Part shown: positions 13,976 through 27,800 of the stretch, piece by piece
How positions within the stretch are numbered: position 1 is the stretch's first letter
How the letters are laid out: each line of letters opens with the position of its first letter
Origin: Phoronis australis
Lineage: Eukaryota > Animalia > Phoronida
Length of the DNA stretch: 64,000 bases
Assembly: GCA_002633005.1 (NCBI GenBank)
Contig: NMRA01000646.1
Span: forward strand, 62,001 to 126,000
Direction of reading: 5' to 3'
Notes under the pieces: model-generated
Told to the model about the DNA's origin: nothing
What the model saw: the letters and a program-made list of their open reading frames with translations, nothing else
Database searches by the model: none
Position numbers and translations under genes: made by a program

Positions 13976-15084
13976 TATATCAAATACGGTTGCACTGTGA
14001 GGATATTGCTCAAATTAGCACCAAACATAAATTACATTTGGTCACTTCATATACTGCACCCGCTCAAGTTAATGCCTGCATACAAACAGCACATCCTGAA
14101 TAATTATTCAGTAAATGCTCATGGTACCATATATTAACATTAACATTAACATTCCTTCCAGCATTAATTAGGTCAGTGAATGTCACAAACTTCAAACTGG
14201 AATAAACAGAGTTAACGTCAGTGAAACTTCCTCTATCAATTAGTCCATGTTATTATCATGTAATTAGGAAAATCCTAACTGACTGTATGAAAAAATGAAG
14301 CGAACTGCGGTTGTCAAAGATGGTACTGTGTGGGGCTTTAATGACCATCGCATGACCTCATATTTCTCAGTTTAATAGGATATTATCGTTTTTACAACTG
14401 AAAATTACAAGTTTAGATTATTGTTGAAAGGGGTAGAGTCTTTGAAGTTATCACTTTTGACCATAGCTATAAAATAGCAAAATCTGATGTATTTTTGTGA
14501 TCTAATTACAAACTGACAATTCCCGTCATTGTCTGCTACACATTCGTTGAGATGAAGGCTAGCGAATTTACCAATACGCCTGAAATACCTTGCCATATAC
14601 TGAGTGAGCCAGCAGAGCATTTGGCTACGACGCAAGTTTCAGGTTCGACTCCACTCCAGAGCTCACCTCAGAAAAACGCATTTCTCAGCAATGATACTAT
14701 TCAAAATGCTTTACAGGGCATCAACCTGAACGGATACAATATTTCACCAAACAACCAAACACAGAAGCAGTCGTTGATTTGAATGGAGTAAGCCACACCA
14801 CATTCAAACTTCATCTATCACGCTCACGACTCGGTGCGATACCCATCATAAATAGACACTCAGCCATCAAACAAACGCCTACTCAACTAATATACCACGG
14901 ACCAATACATTCATCACACAGTGACATTAAATGGCACTTCATAATGCCCGTTTTAATAAGTTAATTAGAATAACCATCATTACGGTATTCTCTATTCGTG
15001 ACAACTGTTAGTCACATCATGTAACCTGCACTTAGTCTAAAGGATTTCTCTCCTGGCCGGGGCATGAACCTAGAGCTTCCAGGA

Positions 15085-15483
15085 CCTGGGCCCATGAAAC
15101 AGTCCCAAATAGGGACTCAACTAAGTTCCTTAAATCTTTTGCATATTCGTTTCATTCTTTACTCACAGATGTGGCCCTTTTTCTATCATTTTATTTTTAT
15201 GAGTTATTCTTTGACTAATGACATTTTCTAACAATATAACTGGAAATAGCAATTAATTCAGTCAAAATAACACGGACTTTGTCCTAAATTAGGGGCGTTG
15301 CATAAAAAGATCCCTATTCATCATCAATAATATTGAGATTTCAACGAAAGCCAAAAATTGGCCTAGCAATGAGACTCAAACAGCGTAAGAAAGGACAATC
15401 CGTGTTTCCACAAGCCCACAAATACGCTGTAGATTAAGGGAACTTAGTTAAACTCCTATTTGGGACTGTTTCATGCAGCCGGG
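15085..15483. mobile_element. MITE with ~45 bp terminal inverted repeats
   Basis: CATGAAACAGTCCCAAATAGGGACTCAACTAAGTTCCTTAAATCT (15093) is the near-inverse of AGATTAAGGGAACTTAGTTAAACTCCTATTTGGGACTGTTTCATG (ends 15475). Confidence 0.65.
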
Positions 15484-15809
15484 CACTGCATTTCGTGTAG
15501 ATGCTTCAGTCAATTGAGCTATCATTGCATTATACTATAACAACAGCAGTAAGCACTCCTAACACATGTTGATATTAAAGCTATAAGCAGCACTGAAATA
15601 GATGGGAAAGGCACATCTCCTGTTACTTGTCCATATAAACATCTATCAGAGCCACAACAACAAAATTGTTATTCATTGTTCACACATCTGAGAACAAGGG
15701 TTATAGTGGCAGGAAAATACATTTGGATCAGAATAATCACATTGACTCTTTTCCCTCCTAACACTTCCATATATAGTAAGAAGGCAGAACTTCACATGTC
15801 GGTCCTCCC

Positions 15810-18800
15810 TCAAAAGACCGCCTTCTCCTGGTCACATTCCACGGGCTCAGTGTAGAATGTCACGCCCACCTCTTTGTCCTTGTCCATCACACAGTTCTCC
15901 ATGGTGACCTGCAGGCCCTTCAAAGGTCGGTCCTGACCTCTCATTGACTCGTCCACGCCCTCTTTCTCCACAGTCAAGCAGTAGCCTTCTACACTCTCCA
16001 CAGTACAATCTTGCATCAGTAAACTTGGACACTGTTCAATGTCATGCAAGCCGCCTCCTGTTTTAACCTGAAATTAAGACAATTCTTAATTTAAACATGC
16101 TCATCGCATAATATCATTCAAACATTGCACAATAAATAAATTTACGAACAACATATGTCCCGAATGATATGTGGTAGTTCGTGCGTCGCAAGCTCGTTAC
16201 CAGAGATGAAACCAAGACCTGGGTAAGCGATATAAGGTCATTTATTAAGACTAATACAATTACAAGTAAGGTCATTTATATGACACATACAATTATAAGT
16301 AAGGTAGTTATATGACTGATGCAATACCAGTAATAGTTAGTGACTAAACATGAGTAAGGTAAAAATACCACGTGGAGGTACGAGGGAATGGCGAAAAGGG
16401 GGATGGTAGGGGGTGGAAAATTTGAGAAGTTTTAGACGTACGTCGACGAGGCCGGAACGAAGGAGGTGAACAGGAAATGAGGTTACAATAACAAATGTGA
16501 ATTCCTAAGGACACGTGACATTCATCAGCCTAAGAGAGCCCCAGAACTGACTAAAGTCTGGGCACGTGACAACAATTGACCAATGAGGCTGGGAGAACGA
16601 CGAGTAGTCCTACACAAAGAAATTAATGGACTAGACCGAATTGAGGGGGGAAAGGAGTAAGACGGGTCCATATGCTCACATAAATATATTTAATGAGTGA
16701 AATACCATAAATAAAGAACCAGGAAGTATAGTAAGTGAAAACACCAGGTACGAAGTTGATAAAATTTGTTCAATTGCAGTGTTAATTGATACTCAAAAAA
16801 ATAAATTGCCAAGACATCTTTTAAACAAGATAATGGAACTCAATGATGCATTATATACAGTAACATGACGTAAAGTAACGTAAATTTGTCATTTGAGATT
16901 TATGTCACATCAGCGTTTTGAACTTAAGCTGCATGCATAGTATGCTATGCAGTAGCCACATGAACTATAGACGGCACCACCAGGATACCGTAAATTTGCC
17001 GGAAATGCACAATTATTCGCCAATATTGTTCGATGGTGAAAGTACATGCACTTTCTTCTGCTTACTGGAGCATTGCAAGGTAAGGGTTGGAATTGCAAAA
17101 CGGAAGCCAAATTGAGTTCCACGAGATTTAGCCCCGGATCTGTAAATAATTGACCAGAACACGCATGCAGCACATCCTTAAACTACAGCCCAGTGGCCTA
17201 TGACTAGCACTCACCTGCATGAGTACGCCACTCTCCAGTACGTTCTTAAACTATGCTCATGGCTCATGACCAGAACTCCGCTGTAGTTCGCCACCTTGCA
17301 GCACATTCTTAAACTACACTCAAATGGCTCATAACCAGAACTCACCTGTACCAGTGCGCCACCTCCCAGCACATTCTAAAACTACACTCAAATGGCTCAT
17401 GACCGAAACTCACCTGCACTAGTACGCCACCTCCCAGCACATTCTTAAACTACACTCACATGGCTCATAACCAGAACTCACCTGCACTAGAACGCCACCC
17501 TCCAGTACATTTTCAGGCCACCAATCATACTTCCTCCCTCCACAGTGGTGAATGTGCACATTCTTTAGGACACCAGTACTCCGAGGAAACAGTACTACAC
17601 CAGCCCCCTGCACAAACAGAGCATCTGCCTCAGACACAGAGTTGTACACATTCAATATTTGGCAATTTGCAGAAATCATACGAGCAAACTTAAGGTGGTT
17701 ATGCCAACTTTCCAACTCCAAACACCAAAGAACAAAACAAAAATATCTGATTTTGAAGATTCATAAAACATGTCACAGCGATTTACAGAAATCACACAAG
17801 CAAACTTAAGGTAGTTATGCCAAATTTCCAACTCCAAACACCAAAGAACAAAACAAAAATATCTGATTTTGAAGATTTATAAAACATGTCACACAAATTT
17901 TAGCTCTTCAATGAAACAAACTCTTCTGCATCTCATTTCAAGACAAACATTAGCCACACCCACCTGGGCTCCATAAATGACGCTGTCAATTATCTCCAAG
18001 GTTGCCTCCTCCCGAGCCTGCACTCCAGATGCATCGCATTCTATTTCACAGCCATCGACAATGACGTGACCCCTCTCAATGCACAGTGTGTTATCTTGAC
18101 CTCCGACCTGCTTCAGTTTCAAGTTCATCAGCACCAACTTGTTGGCATGGCTGTGAATGAGGAACTCTTGCCTGTCACCGATAGACTCTATGATCACATC
18201 ATCGACTTTTCCCATGCCTATGGATAGAGCAATTTTAGGTCAATTTTTCTTATTTTGAAGAAAATGTTTTTCAAAAATCAACAGACACGTTTTGAAAAAC
18301 AAGACTGGGTTTTCTTGAAGAACACACCTGCAGCAAGAAGAACAATTATAGACAGTTATAAAGTGAGATAAAGTAGACTTATTTGTTCTTCAGTGAAGTA
18401 TTTTTAGTCCACTGTATCATAGCCTGTGTGATGTGTTCTAATTAACAGTATAGTTTGAACTATTCTGTGCAGTGTTCATCAAATTGCAGAACAAACACAT
18501 TTTATACTCGAGGAAAAAATAGTGACATGTAATTGTAGAAGAGAAACCTATAATTCCAAATTTCATAAACATCCTACAAAATATACCTCCTGATGCAAAA
18601 AAGCAAAAATCACCCCTAGGGGGCACCACAGTAGTAAAACCCATCTAAAAATCAATGTCAGCCGCAGTCTTCTCATCAGAAACACATATGCCAATTTTCA
18701 TAATCATTTGTTGAGGCATATAGAGAGGCAGACTTGAAAAAACGACTCAAATTTTTTTTAAAATGCCCATGAGGTGGCACAGAATAAGTTAACGCCACCG

Positions 18801-21800
18801 AAAATGGAAAGCTGTAGTCATCTCCTTGATCGAAAAGTTTAAGTTTTTTGAAAATTTTTTTGTGACATTTTTCAAAAACTCCTACGTAAAATACTAAAAT
18901 TGTCACTAGGGGCACAGCAGTAGTTGGATTGATCTGAAACTCGCGGTCATGTGTCGTTAGCCTCATAAAAAAAGATCTGCCAGACCTCATTAAGGTACTG
19001 CAAGGGAATTAGGAAATACAGCAGCGGGTATGGGGCAGGCAGACACCATAGCAGTATCCACCCAAATATGTACTTGTAGGCGCATACAAATAAAAACAAG
19101 GTTATATAATGAAAATTTGAAAAAAAGTTCTCCACTCACTGCTTCAGCACATTCACAGAAACCAAATCCAGTGAGGAATGCAGTGATCAAAATTTCAATA
19201 AATCCTTCATTGAGAAGCAGGCCTTTATCCAGGATTTCGAAAATAGGGTGTCCAAAATGGGGTTTTCAATATTCCAACTTAAGGCGTCCATGATTCCGAC
19301 GCGTAACCCGTCACCCCAGCAATACCCTCACACACACAGATTTTTTTACAAAAAATGCATAGATCAAGGTTTTTACATCTAAGTTTATGAAACAGCCTTC
19401 TGTGGTGAGCATTTTTACTAAAAAAACTGTGTGGACCAAGACTTTTACAATGCTGTCAATCAAGTGTGAAAATAGCAACAATGCATATACTTTGTATATA
19501 CATTGTATATTTCTTCCTGCTTTGAAAAAAGAGCCCCCACTGTGAGCCTTCCTAGAATTCATTAGAATGTGTGAGTCCAAACTTGAAAGGTTCTTAATGA
19601 CAGTGCGTCCAAATGATACAGTGGGCCTCCTTGCCAGGGCATCCAGATTAGTGCTAGGGCGGCCACTGCATAAAGGCCTGTTGAGAAGTGAGAAGTCCAT
19701 GTATTACCATGGAAACTAATTCCTAATAAACCATCTCTTGACATTTTCAACTTGATTTCTATGTATTAACACAACTGATATTCAACCCAAAAACATCAGA
19801 ACTCCAACAGTTACAAAGTGCTCCAAATTACGCCTTCCAATGATTTTCAGAGCAAACCAACACTACTTTTTACCATGGACATTAATTAGCATTTTTATTT
19901 TCATAGTAATTCCACAACAAATATCCCACAACATCACCTAGTGTGTGGTTTGATAAATGTATACATTTCAACATAGCTCAAAGTACTCTCCAGAAAGTGA
20001 AAAATAATAACTTTGCTCAAGGTTGGAGCATGTCCCAAATTCTAGAAATAGACAAAAATAGCCATCCTAGATTCAAGAATCACCAGGAAAACAGTAAAAT
20101 TTCCCACTCTGAAGATTAAAAGCATATTGACCTTTGCCCGAAAATTGAGAAACATCATGAATACCAAAATAGCCTCGTTCAAAATTCCAGAATCAAGAAA
20201 ATTTTTCATTTTTTCTGAAGTTTCTGTGTCCCAAATTCTAGAGACTGTCCCATGTTGGAGAATTTTTACCATAGTTGAAGAGCAGTGAATTTGCAATTTA
20301 CAAATTTGTTGGTTTCAATCAAAACAACAAATTCTTCCTATTGTGTTCATGGTTGTAATACAAGACCAAAACCACAACTCTGACAACAAAACACTTGGCA
20401 GTCTGTAACCCATACATATCAGTAAACTGACAGACACTTGCTAAACACAACTAGTAAATGTTATTTGTAAGCCAATTAATCTAACAAGAAAAACACAGGT
20501 CATTAGCTTAATGACAACAGACTTCCAGCTGGCCTTTTGTCCATTGTCATAACAACTATGCAGTCAATCCATTCAGCCTGTAATTTTGCAATGTCAAGGC
20601 ATTGAACCACGAACAGTTAACTGGCCTGTTTTATTTACAATTTGCAACAGCACTCTTGAAAATGGGTGACTTTCGAAAAATCATGGACATAGGCCTATAA
20701 TAGTGGGAGTAGGTCTTTTTCACGAGGAGTATTATATTTATGTTGGATTTATTCAACATGCAAGTATAGAGTTCAGCCAATGACCGAAATGCTAGAAGTG
20801 AAAAAATAATGGTGAAATGAAGGTAAGTTTGGTTCAACATTTACAAGTATGAGTTTGCTGAAAGATTTGTTATAAAATTAAGTTTACCAGGCGACCATTC
20901 TACAGAACATCCTGTTTCTGCAAAAGTATGCGCATCAGATTAAAACTCAAATGGATGCAGTTCTTTCATGTCTTACCAGCAATTAAGTTTGAACTCTTCA
21001 TATTGGAAATGTGTCAAGTTCTTGAACAAATTTTGTCACTAAAGTCCAACTCACGTAAATTCTTGCACATTTTATGAAACACTACACTAGCTGCTTCAGA
21101 ANNNNNNNNNNNNNNNNNNNNNNNNNNGGGGGGGGGTGTTTCAAAACAAATACATCTCTGAAAGAGAATTTAAAATAATGTCGGTGGCTCTTTGACTATT
21201 CATTTAACTGAAATACACATTTCAGAAATATCAAACAATTTGTTGCTGCTAGATGTGAGCGTAGACGAAACACGACAGGAAGCAAGACAAGAGCTACTCT
21301 GAATTCATGACGAAAATGACAGGAAGTGGTGGGCATCAGGAAATGACCTAGACATTCATGTAATGAAGCTATATGAACACACATCTACATCAAAACCCAA
21401 CCCAATTGTTAAAATCTATGTTGGTAACATGAATCCTACAAGCTATAGTTTCATATTGTGCTTGTTCTGATTGCTATCTGAAACTAACATATTGCCTTTC
21501 TAACAGATCCCACTTGAGGATGGCCCGACTAGCAGGATAGTGTGTACAGTCACAGGACTCTTCCCGCAACTTGATCAAGACAACAGTGTCATTTGTGTGA
21601 AGCCTGTAGTACACAGGCAGAAGAGGGTACATTACAATTAAAGGTTACCCTGTATCCATTCAGCTGATAATGTCACCTATAGGCGTAGTTTGTGCTGGGA
21701 CAGTTTTGGCAGTCTTTTCCCTTCACATGACATTTTGCCAGGAGACTGTTACCTACGATGAACTACAGCACGCTAAATGCGGGTGCAAGTTCAAGATGTG

Positions 21801-24800
21801 TTTGGATAAGAATTACGAGGGTGAACTGCCGTTAGATGATATGGTGCAAATTATAAAAGGCTTGGACAAGATTAAGAGCACATGTGAACCAGAAATGTTA
21901 CAAACAAGCCCAGCTCAATACGAAGAGAGTATGAACCTTCGAGTTAAGGTAGGGGGCGCTTATCATTTGTGCAGTAAACCTAACATAACAAGTACATGTT
22001 TTTATACAGACGTATTTGCACATTTTTGCAACTGTAAGTTTGAATGCAAATACTAAATTTATCTAAGTATTTCCAGCTTGATATTTAAAGCTGCATTTCA
22101 CACCAGTTAGCTGGCTAAAAGTGAGAATCGGACTAGGCCTTTCACTCTCACAAAATCGGTCTCGCAATAGTACTGATAGTCACCAGATATGATTCTATTT
22201 CCGTTACTAACAAGAACATCATAATCATTAGCAAATCAAAAAATGCCTGTGTTTAATGGGGTTGACCAATTCCGAAATTTTGGATTCAAAAATGGCACAT
22301 GTACACATTGCATGTGATATGAGTTGATGCCTTACACCACAATACATTCAAGATGGGCCGAGTGTGGCAATGTTTTTAAACCTCAAAGCATTTCGGTCAA
22401 GAATTCAGAATTGACAGCTAAACAGGGGCAAATCGCAGCCTTAGCAACTAAGTATAGATTCAATTAATTTCAAAAATCCTCAAAACATCTTGAAATTCAG
22501 AACATCTCGCGACTAAATTTAATTCTGACAAAGTGATAATCAACAGCTGAGACCAAAATAAAAAAGCAAAAACAAACCTGTAACTTCTAAACCACACGTA
22601 AAGTTGATTCTTTTAGAGCATCACTCAGACCACACTGATGTCATATCTTATTGCAATACTTTCACATGACACCATTGCAAGAAACATTACCAATTCAAAC
22701 GGCTATGGGCATCATGTGTACTCAATGGCATTCCGTTCAAACTTACGTGTCTGCCTTTAGTTATTTGTTATCTGGTCTGATAGTGACAAAATAGGGCGAC
22801 AAGAAAAGGATACTTTGCACATCATTTGACAGAACTGCCTATTTTTCAGATTATCATCGTGTTTTGTGTGTTGCTAACTTACCACCAGTACTATCTGGAT
22901 AGCACAATTCATCTAAAATACGAAAAATCCATTTAAGAAAGACTTCTTATTTTCGGCATATTTCAAATACGAAAAATTTACCGGTATATACCTATAATAC
23001 CTATAATCATTAATCACATAAAATGTCCTAATTCATACCCTTGACAATTCCTTTTCAGAGACTAGAAAAGGTAGCCAACGACTTGGAGAAAACTGTGAAA
23101 CAAATGCTTAACCAACAGGTGTCACAAGTAGAGTATCTGTCTAGTTTGGAACTAAAGATGAGCCAAATGCAATCTGAGTATGACACTGCGGCAACACATC
23201 GCCATGGCAACCTCCAACAAATCAAACAGCTTGTCAATAAAACGGAGGAGAATGCATATCGCATGGATGTGCTAGCGTACCATGAGGCGATGATTCAGAA
23301 CAAACTGAAAACGGTAGAAGCAGACGTACAACGTCAACGGGCGCTGCTGGAGAAGCACCAAGAGCAGCTACTGCAGTTAGATACTGGCGTCCATGTGAGA
23401 ATGGAGGAACTGAACGGTCGAGTGCAATCAGCCATGACGCGCCACACGGCGCTTCAACAGGAGGTGAGGACGATGCGTCACCGTGACGTCCAGCAACTAG
23501 TGAGTAACATACAAGAGTTGACCGCGATGGTGGATGGACTTTTGTCACAACAGGAGCAGCAGGCGAGGATACAGGCAAAACGATTGGCATTTCACCATCA
23601 GCAGATGCTCAAGATGGCTGATGACACGTGTAGCGCCTACCCTATCATCATGCCACCAGTTATCATGCATGGCAAATCAGAGATTTTGTCGACAGTATTT
23701 CATGATCGGCAGCGGGAGTACGCAGAATTCAAATGTGATCCAGGCTTTATGATGGAGGGAGAGCAAAGGTTTATGTATTGCGTGAAAAAGCAGTGGATAG
23801 GCGATGTTCCACTTTGTACAACTAAATAGCGAAGCAATCTAGCCAGTAAATTTTATTATTTATTAAAATGAAAAGGTTTGAACACCGAATCAAAATTTGT
23901 GCACTGTGGAAAGCCAAATGAGGTATTCATGAAAACAAGACTGTCATCCATTTAAAAAATCAGCTTGTGAAAGAGTGAGGGATCATGGGCTATGGATGGT
24001 AAAAGAAAATGTTTACTGGGAATTTTTTTTGTATTCCATAAATCTCAGAAATTATTTTGCAAGGCAATAGATTTCGATGGCAGAGGACTTTGCGAACTGC
24101 TTATCCGACAGTCTTAGTCACAGAAAGAGCACTGTGTTCAACATACAGAANCATTGATGAAACATAGCCCATTCTTAGCAAACTCTTTATAATATAGTGA
24201 CTTATTATTAAGTGTTATCTCTCTGTTATGCCATATAATCTGATCACAAACAGGTACATCTTTGAAAGCATTATGATTCAACTGTTCACTCACCGACAAA
24301 ACTTCTCTATAAAAAACATCATTTACTGTTCTACATAGTTTGCTTACTTTAAAATTACATGACCACAACAGTTCACCACCATAATTCTTGAGGATATATT
24401 GTGGATAAAATTTCCAACTTCCACGCTCAGGAGACTGAAGTCTTTTAACCCAGTCTCCTGAGCGTGGAAGTTGGAAATTTATCCACAATATATCCTCAAG
24501 GGACACCTTTTATTTTATTGATGATTCACAAAGTATGAGGCCGAAAGCAATTTGCCAGACGCGTGTATTTTTTGTCGTCATCAGTGATTTTGCGCATGGA
24601 ATGAAAACCTACTTATTTATCCAGATGCAATCACTCAACCATTCAGATGTAGGACTACGTTTGAATGAGGCTCTTGATGTCATTTCAAAGATCCAAACTA
24701 TTGTTTTGTGTTCACTAGCACAGATCCTCAGCCGAACAATTAAGCAATGTTGACTTGTACATCAAGTATTTTGCAATACTAATACTCAAGGTTCTAACAA

Positions 24801-27800
24801 TAACAAAAACATGACAAACTTCCCTTAAATAAATTTCTCTGATAATAGTTTTCAAGATGTGATTTCTCTAACTAAGCACACATTGTCAAGCAAGTTAGTG
24901 TAACTGGGGTCAATTTTTTCTTAATAAAGTTCTCTGATAAATGTCTCAAGATGTGATTTCTAAACTGAGCACACAAGCAAGTCAGTGTAACTAGGGTAAC
25001 TGACCCAGTGTTTTTACAGAGTTGACATAGGTCAATAATCAGTTTGGAGTGAAAACAAAGGTTATCTGGCATATGGCAGAGAACATCAAGTGGGTTGAAG
25101 AGGTTCAAGGGAGTGGGACTGTCAAGTGTTTTGTGTCCACTGTGTTTTAATCAATGACTGACAGTTTGGAATACCTTTAGGCAACACTTACTAAAAGAAA
25201 GAATAAATTATAATTTTCAGAGAGTTTGAAATATCTTTGAATAAAATAAACTTTGAAATTTGCAGAGCAAATGTAGCTTTTGGAAAAATGTCCAATTTAT
25301 TCTTAACATTTAGGCAATCAGAAAACAGTGTTGCCACTGACGTCACATTTTCATCATCATCCGATTGGCATCAGGGATTTATTGCAAAAAACAAAGGTGT
25401 CATTTTGCAAAATTTGAAACTGAGACTGTTTCTTTAGTATCATAGGCAATAGTCTTATATAACGTTCCGTATTTTGAGAAGCAGTTGGATGCCTGTTATT
25501 CAGTGGAGAAAACTGGTTCTCAAAATTCAGGCATGTTATATCAGACCATTACCGTATCATCTCCAGATAATCTATTAGACAACATAATGTACGATCATTT
25601 ATGTTCAGCTTATGTCCCGCAATGAGCGATAATGAGCATAAGAGCATTGGGTTGGCAAAAATGGTCATTCATTATTCTTTGGTAAAAATAGTCTCTGGAA
25701 AGATAAGGATAGAAAACACCCTGCAAAAGATTCTGAGAGAGCTCAATGCCATCCAAAAGGATACGCAAAAAGGGGTAGGGAAAATAGTACCGGGGGCAAA
25801 CGTGCATCACAGACATGAAAATGAGCCCGTACCTAACTGGCAAAATAATCCGCTTTCTATTGACCATTTTACCAGAGATAATTAGTTTTTACTTTAAGAT
25901 TATTTTATATCAGATTCCTTGTACTTGTATTTCGTTACAACAAATGACCTTATTTCGCATACATAGGTCTCCATTTCATCTCTGGTAACGAGCTTGCGAA
26001 ACACACATCATGTTTCTTTATTCAGGACATATGTCGATCATAAAGATAATTTATTACGATGAAAAATAGTGTTACAAGATAATAGAAAAATGATAATCTC
26101 TGGGAAGATGAGTGTGTTTTGACAACCTTTTGATTACGATTATCTGCCTCAACAATAACAACAAAACATTCCAATGGCCACTAGGGGGAGCAGAACAGGT
26201 CAAAAACATCTGAAACTGGGAGGTGCCACTGTCTCCTTCACATAAACTTAAACGCAGTACTTGTACCTGCCCAGGTGTCTGTTGGATAGAGAGGCAGGAT
26301 GTCAAACGTGAGTACAGACTTATGTCAGCACAGACACGTCTTCTACAGTTTGTAAAATTTTTGTTTCCTCTCTAACAGATGACTACGTTCAAACACACAG
26401 GAAAATCAGTTCATTACAATACAATAAGATATCGCTTGCAGAATCTATGCAAATAATTTATTTCTAAGTACATATTGGAAATGGGCTAAACAGAACTAAC
26501 ACATTAACACAATAGTCAACACATAACCTGGTCTAGTTATACATTGTATAATTCTACAACGCATAACACTAACCTATTCCCTTTCAAAAAATTCCAATTC
26601 TTTAAGTAAATGTTAAACACGTATTTCAACAAGAGCAACGCAGAGCGTTGAAATGCGCCCACAATTGCACCGCATACAGTATCCTTCTAGGGTTGTTTAT
26701 TGGTACCATAAAGTGGCCAGTAGAGGGCATACTTTGCAAAATGGAAAGGCATGGTCATTGTCTCCTCAATAGGCTAGGGGCAAAATGTGAGTAATCTTCA
26801 TAATACAAGCACATCCTATACACCAGTTGCTTAAAGCACCACAGAAACATAGAATTAAAAACAAATTTACCAACATACGAGATTAGCACAGCANCGCACA
26901 TGCCGTCCCATTCATGAATGGAACATATGCGCCAAATTTCATGAACATATGTCAAAGGGTTTTGGAGATAGAGCAGCGGACGCCGGACGCCAGACGCCGG
27001 ACGCCGGACGGACGCCGCCCGGACGGACGGACGGACGGACGGAGATGACGGCATAATGCGTCCACATATAAATATGTGGGCGCATAAAAAGAGACAAGCT
27101 GACTTACCTTTTATGCTAATGGACTCTGCTATGTTGCTGATGAGATTGCTGTGGTAGATGCCAGGATAGAGCAACACTGTGTCCCCCTGGTGGCAACTTT
27201 GCAAAGCTGCATCTAGACTGGTGTGGTGTTCCAGGATTGTGTCGTCGTCAAATGTCTGTAATGAGTATCTGACTTGAACAAAACATTCTGACTACTTAAA
27301 ACAAGTTAAGTTACATTATCATCACATTGATTTGTTATCAAATCATAATCTTAATTTTACAGCGGTTACTTTTTGGACCAAGTTGAAATGATTTATTCAA
27401 AATCTGAATGTGTGAAAATTGAATAAAAAATTACAAAGCATTGGTAGGAATTGGATGCTTTCATCTTTTCGGTTTTCAGAAAATTCTTTCAAAGCCAATG
27501 CTAACTGAAGCAATGAACAATATCAAATAATAAAACTATTTTTAACATCATGACTAGTTTAACACTGATCAAAATTTTATACTATCACAGTTCTCACAGG
27601 GAAACACAACTTGGATTTCAGAGAAGGTATAATCGCTTGATCAAGTTACGAAATTTTTTCGAAGTACTTTGTACTTGTCATTGAAACTTAGTGTCTCATT
27701 GTCAAAAATTGCTAACAGTCCTTTGCTACACAAGATACCATACAGCTATTTGAGTAGCACAGAGCGAGTGAGGACAAGCACGTAACCCCCTCCCCCACGA

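Noticed and set aside
23234-23752. Overlapping alternative-frame ORFs
   Set aside because: Shadows of the real coiled-coil/Sushi exon.
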